A stretch of 64,000 bases of DNA from Leptolyngbyaceae cyanobacterium (lineage in GTDB: Bacteria > Cyanobacteriota > Cyanobacteriia > Phormidesmidales > Phormidesmidaceae). The stretch is taken from assembly GCA_965263355.1 (NCBI GenBank), contig CBDHHL010000032.1, positions 2,304,001 through 2,368,000 of the forward strand. The letters are read 5' to 3'. Position 1 is the stretch's first letter. Each line of letters begins with the position of its first letter. The notes beneath the pieces are model-generated. The model was given only the letters and a program-made list of their open reading frames with translations. It made no database searches and was not told the origin of the DNA. Both the position numbers and the translations under genes were made by a program. Positions 62,473 through 64,000 of this stretch are shown piece by piece.

Positions 62473-63951
62473 TTACTCAGTCTCCCCTATTAGAGAGTTC
62501 TGTGGCAGCGTAATCTCTCCAAAAACAGGACTTACAATATGCCAAAACTGATGAGCAATATCCAAAAGTTGTTGATCTTTGTATAGCGCCCCCACCAGCT
62601 GGCAGCCCAGTGGTAAATTATCCATTGTCTTTCCCAGAGGGATATTCAAAGCAGGTAAACCACATAAGCTCCACAATCCGCAAAATATCGGTGAACCTGT
62701 ATTGAGTAACCCCAAAGGCGCAGGTCCCGTAGTCACCGGACTAATAACAGCATCATATTGAGCAAAGATAGGAGCCAATAGCTCACGGTAGCGCACTCTC
62801 CATTCACAAGCTTGCTTATAGGTATCTTCAGAAATAGCATTTCCCCGTTTCAACCAATCTCGTAATTGTGGAGAACATTGGTCAGGAGACTCCGTCAAAA
62901 GAGCACCATGATTTTGATACAAGCCATAGGCACACAGTTTTCGCACAATATGCCAATACTGATTAAACTCTGTAGGTAACGACACCAGGTCAACGGTCAC
63001 ATGCGCCTGTCTCAATATATCAACAGCTTGCAACAATCGGGATTGGGCCACATTCTCTGCTTGCTTCCAGTGGGGTGTTTGCACTAGCCCTAAACAGATG
63101 GGTCGGGACCTATTCTCCAGCTTTTCAAATACAGACTGTTCAAAGGAAACAATCTCCCTAGAGGACTGACAATCAGGATCTCGAACATCTGGTTTGATCA
63201 AAACAGTGAGCAACCGCTGAATATCATCTAAGCTACGGGCAAACACGCCCACATGATCCAATATCTGAGAAACTGGCATCATACCATAGCGAGAAATTAA
63301 CCCAAAACTAGGCTTAAACCCAAATATCCCGCAGTAGGCCGCTGGTCGTAACGTTGACCCCATGGTTTGTGAGCCAATGGCTAGAGGTACCATACCATCA
63401 GCCACCGCCGCTGCTGAGCCGCTGGAGCTACCACCAGGTGTGTGGGCCATATTGTGGGGATTGGTCGTCGGCCCGGCAGTGGCCGTGGCCAAACCTGTGG
63501 TGACGGTCTTTCCTAAAATGATAGCACCAGCAGATTTAAGGTGTGAGACAACGGCTGCTTCGTGATCCAAATATCGATTTTGATAAAGGTCTGTTCCCCA
63601 ACCAGTGGGCATTTCCAATGTGGCAAAAATATCTTTTACTGCAACTGGTATCCCCAACAGGGGGTAGGTTTCTATAATCTGGCTTCCCTGTTGTTTAAAT
63701 ACCTGTTCCCACTCAGCAACCTGTTTTTTGGCATGGTCAATGTCAAGATATGTCCAGGCATGCACTTGGGGTTCCCGTAATTGAATTCGCTGAAGACATG
63801 CCTGTAATAATTCCGTGATGCTTAACTCCCGGCTAAGCAATCTAACTACACGCCCATGGGGATCGGCCAGCTGCATCTCAATAATGACTCCATTTTGCAG
63901 TTCGTAGCGCTCTGTTTCTGGTTTCCAGGCCAGAAATTCTTGCAATAGCAT
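62473..63951 (-). CDS. Amidase-signature family protein carrying a Uma2-like N-terminal fragment
   Basis: VAVKD, GGSSSGSAAAVA, GSQTMGS.LRPA; N-term 'EFLAWKPE..RYEL.NGVIIEMQ' is Uma2-like. Confidence 0.85.
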   Translation of the reverse strand: MLLQEFLAWKPETERYELQNGVIIEMQLADPHGRVVRLLSRELSITELLQACLQRIQLREPQVHAWTYLDIDHAKKQVAEWEQVFKQQGSQIIETYPLLGIPVAVKDIFATLEMPTGWGTDLYQNRYLDHEAAVVSHLKSAGAIILGKTVTTGLATATAGPTTNPHNMAHTPGGSSSGSAAAVADGMVPLAIGSQTMGSTLRPAAYCGIFGFKPSFGLISRYGMMPVSQILDHVGVFARSLDDIQRLLTVLIKPDVRDPDCQSSREIVSFEQSVFEKLENRSRPICLGLVQTPHWKQAENVAQSRLLQAVDILRQAHVTVDLVSLPTEFNQYWHIVRKLCAYGLYQNHGALLTESPDQCSPQLRDWLKRGNAISEDTYKQACEWRVRYRELLAPIFAQYDAVISPVTTGPAPLGLLNTGSPIFCGLWSLCGLPALNIPLGKTMDNLPLGCQLVGALYKDQQLLDIAHQFWHIVSPVFGEITLPQNSLIGETE

Positions 63952-64000
63952 TTACTTGGGAAGTGCTTAAACCATGGTCTGCGTCAATCCTCTAAATTTA

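Overview
This is a cyanobacterial chromosome segment, judged from frequent HIP1 GCGATCGC sites, phycobilisome genes and psbQ; several Na+/H+ antiporter systems suggest a salt-tolerant organism. The centrepiece (17.7-32.1 kb) is a chromatic-acclimation locus. An rcaE-rcaF-rcaC phosphorelay and pcyA lie between two phycocyanin operons: a conventional cpcB-A-C-C-D operon and a second cpcB-A-C-C operon encoding an unusually divergent phycocyanin. A cpcG gene is transcribed divergently. Three RcaC L-box-type direct repeats are readable in the sequence, upstream of each cpcB and of pcyA. Other elements: an NLR-like REase-fold/NACHT/WD40 gene with near-identical 126-bp repeats that vary at a few codons (frameshifted here), an internally deleted TIR-WD40 pseudogene, a bicA-nhaS3-mnh CO2-concentrating operon with an NdhR box divergent from an flv3-type gene, two large secreted proteins with caspase-like folds, a Uma2-amidase chimera beside an Hsp20 remnant and a 46-bp tandem duplication, small dispersed repeats, and housekeeping genes (glmU, rsmD, ppk2, sodA). 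No rRNA, tRNA, CRISPR array or intact transposase was seen. All calls come from motif recognition by eye, without database searches.
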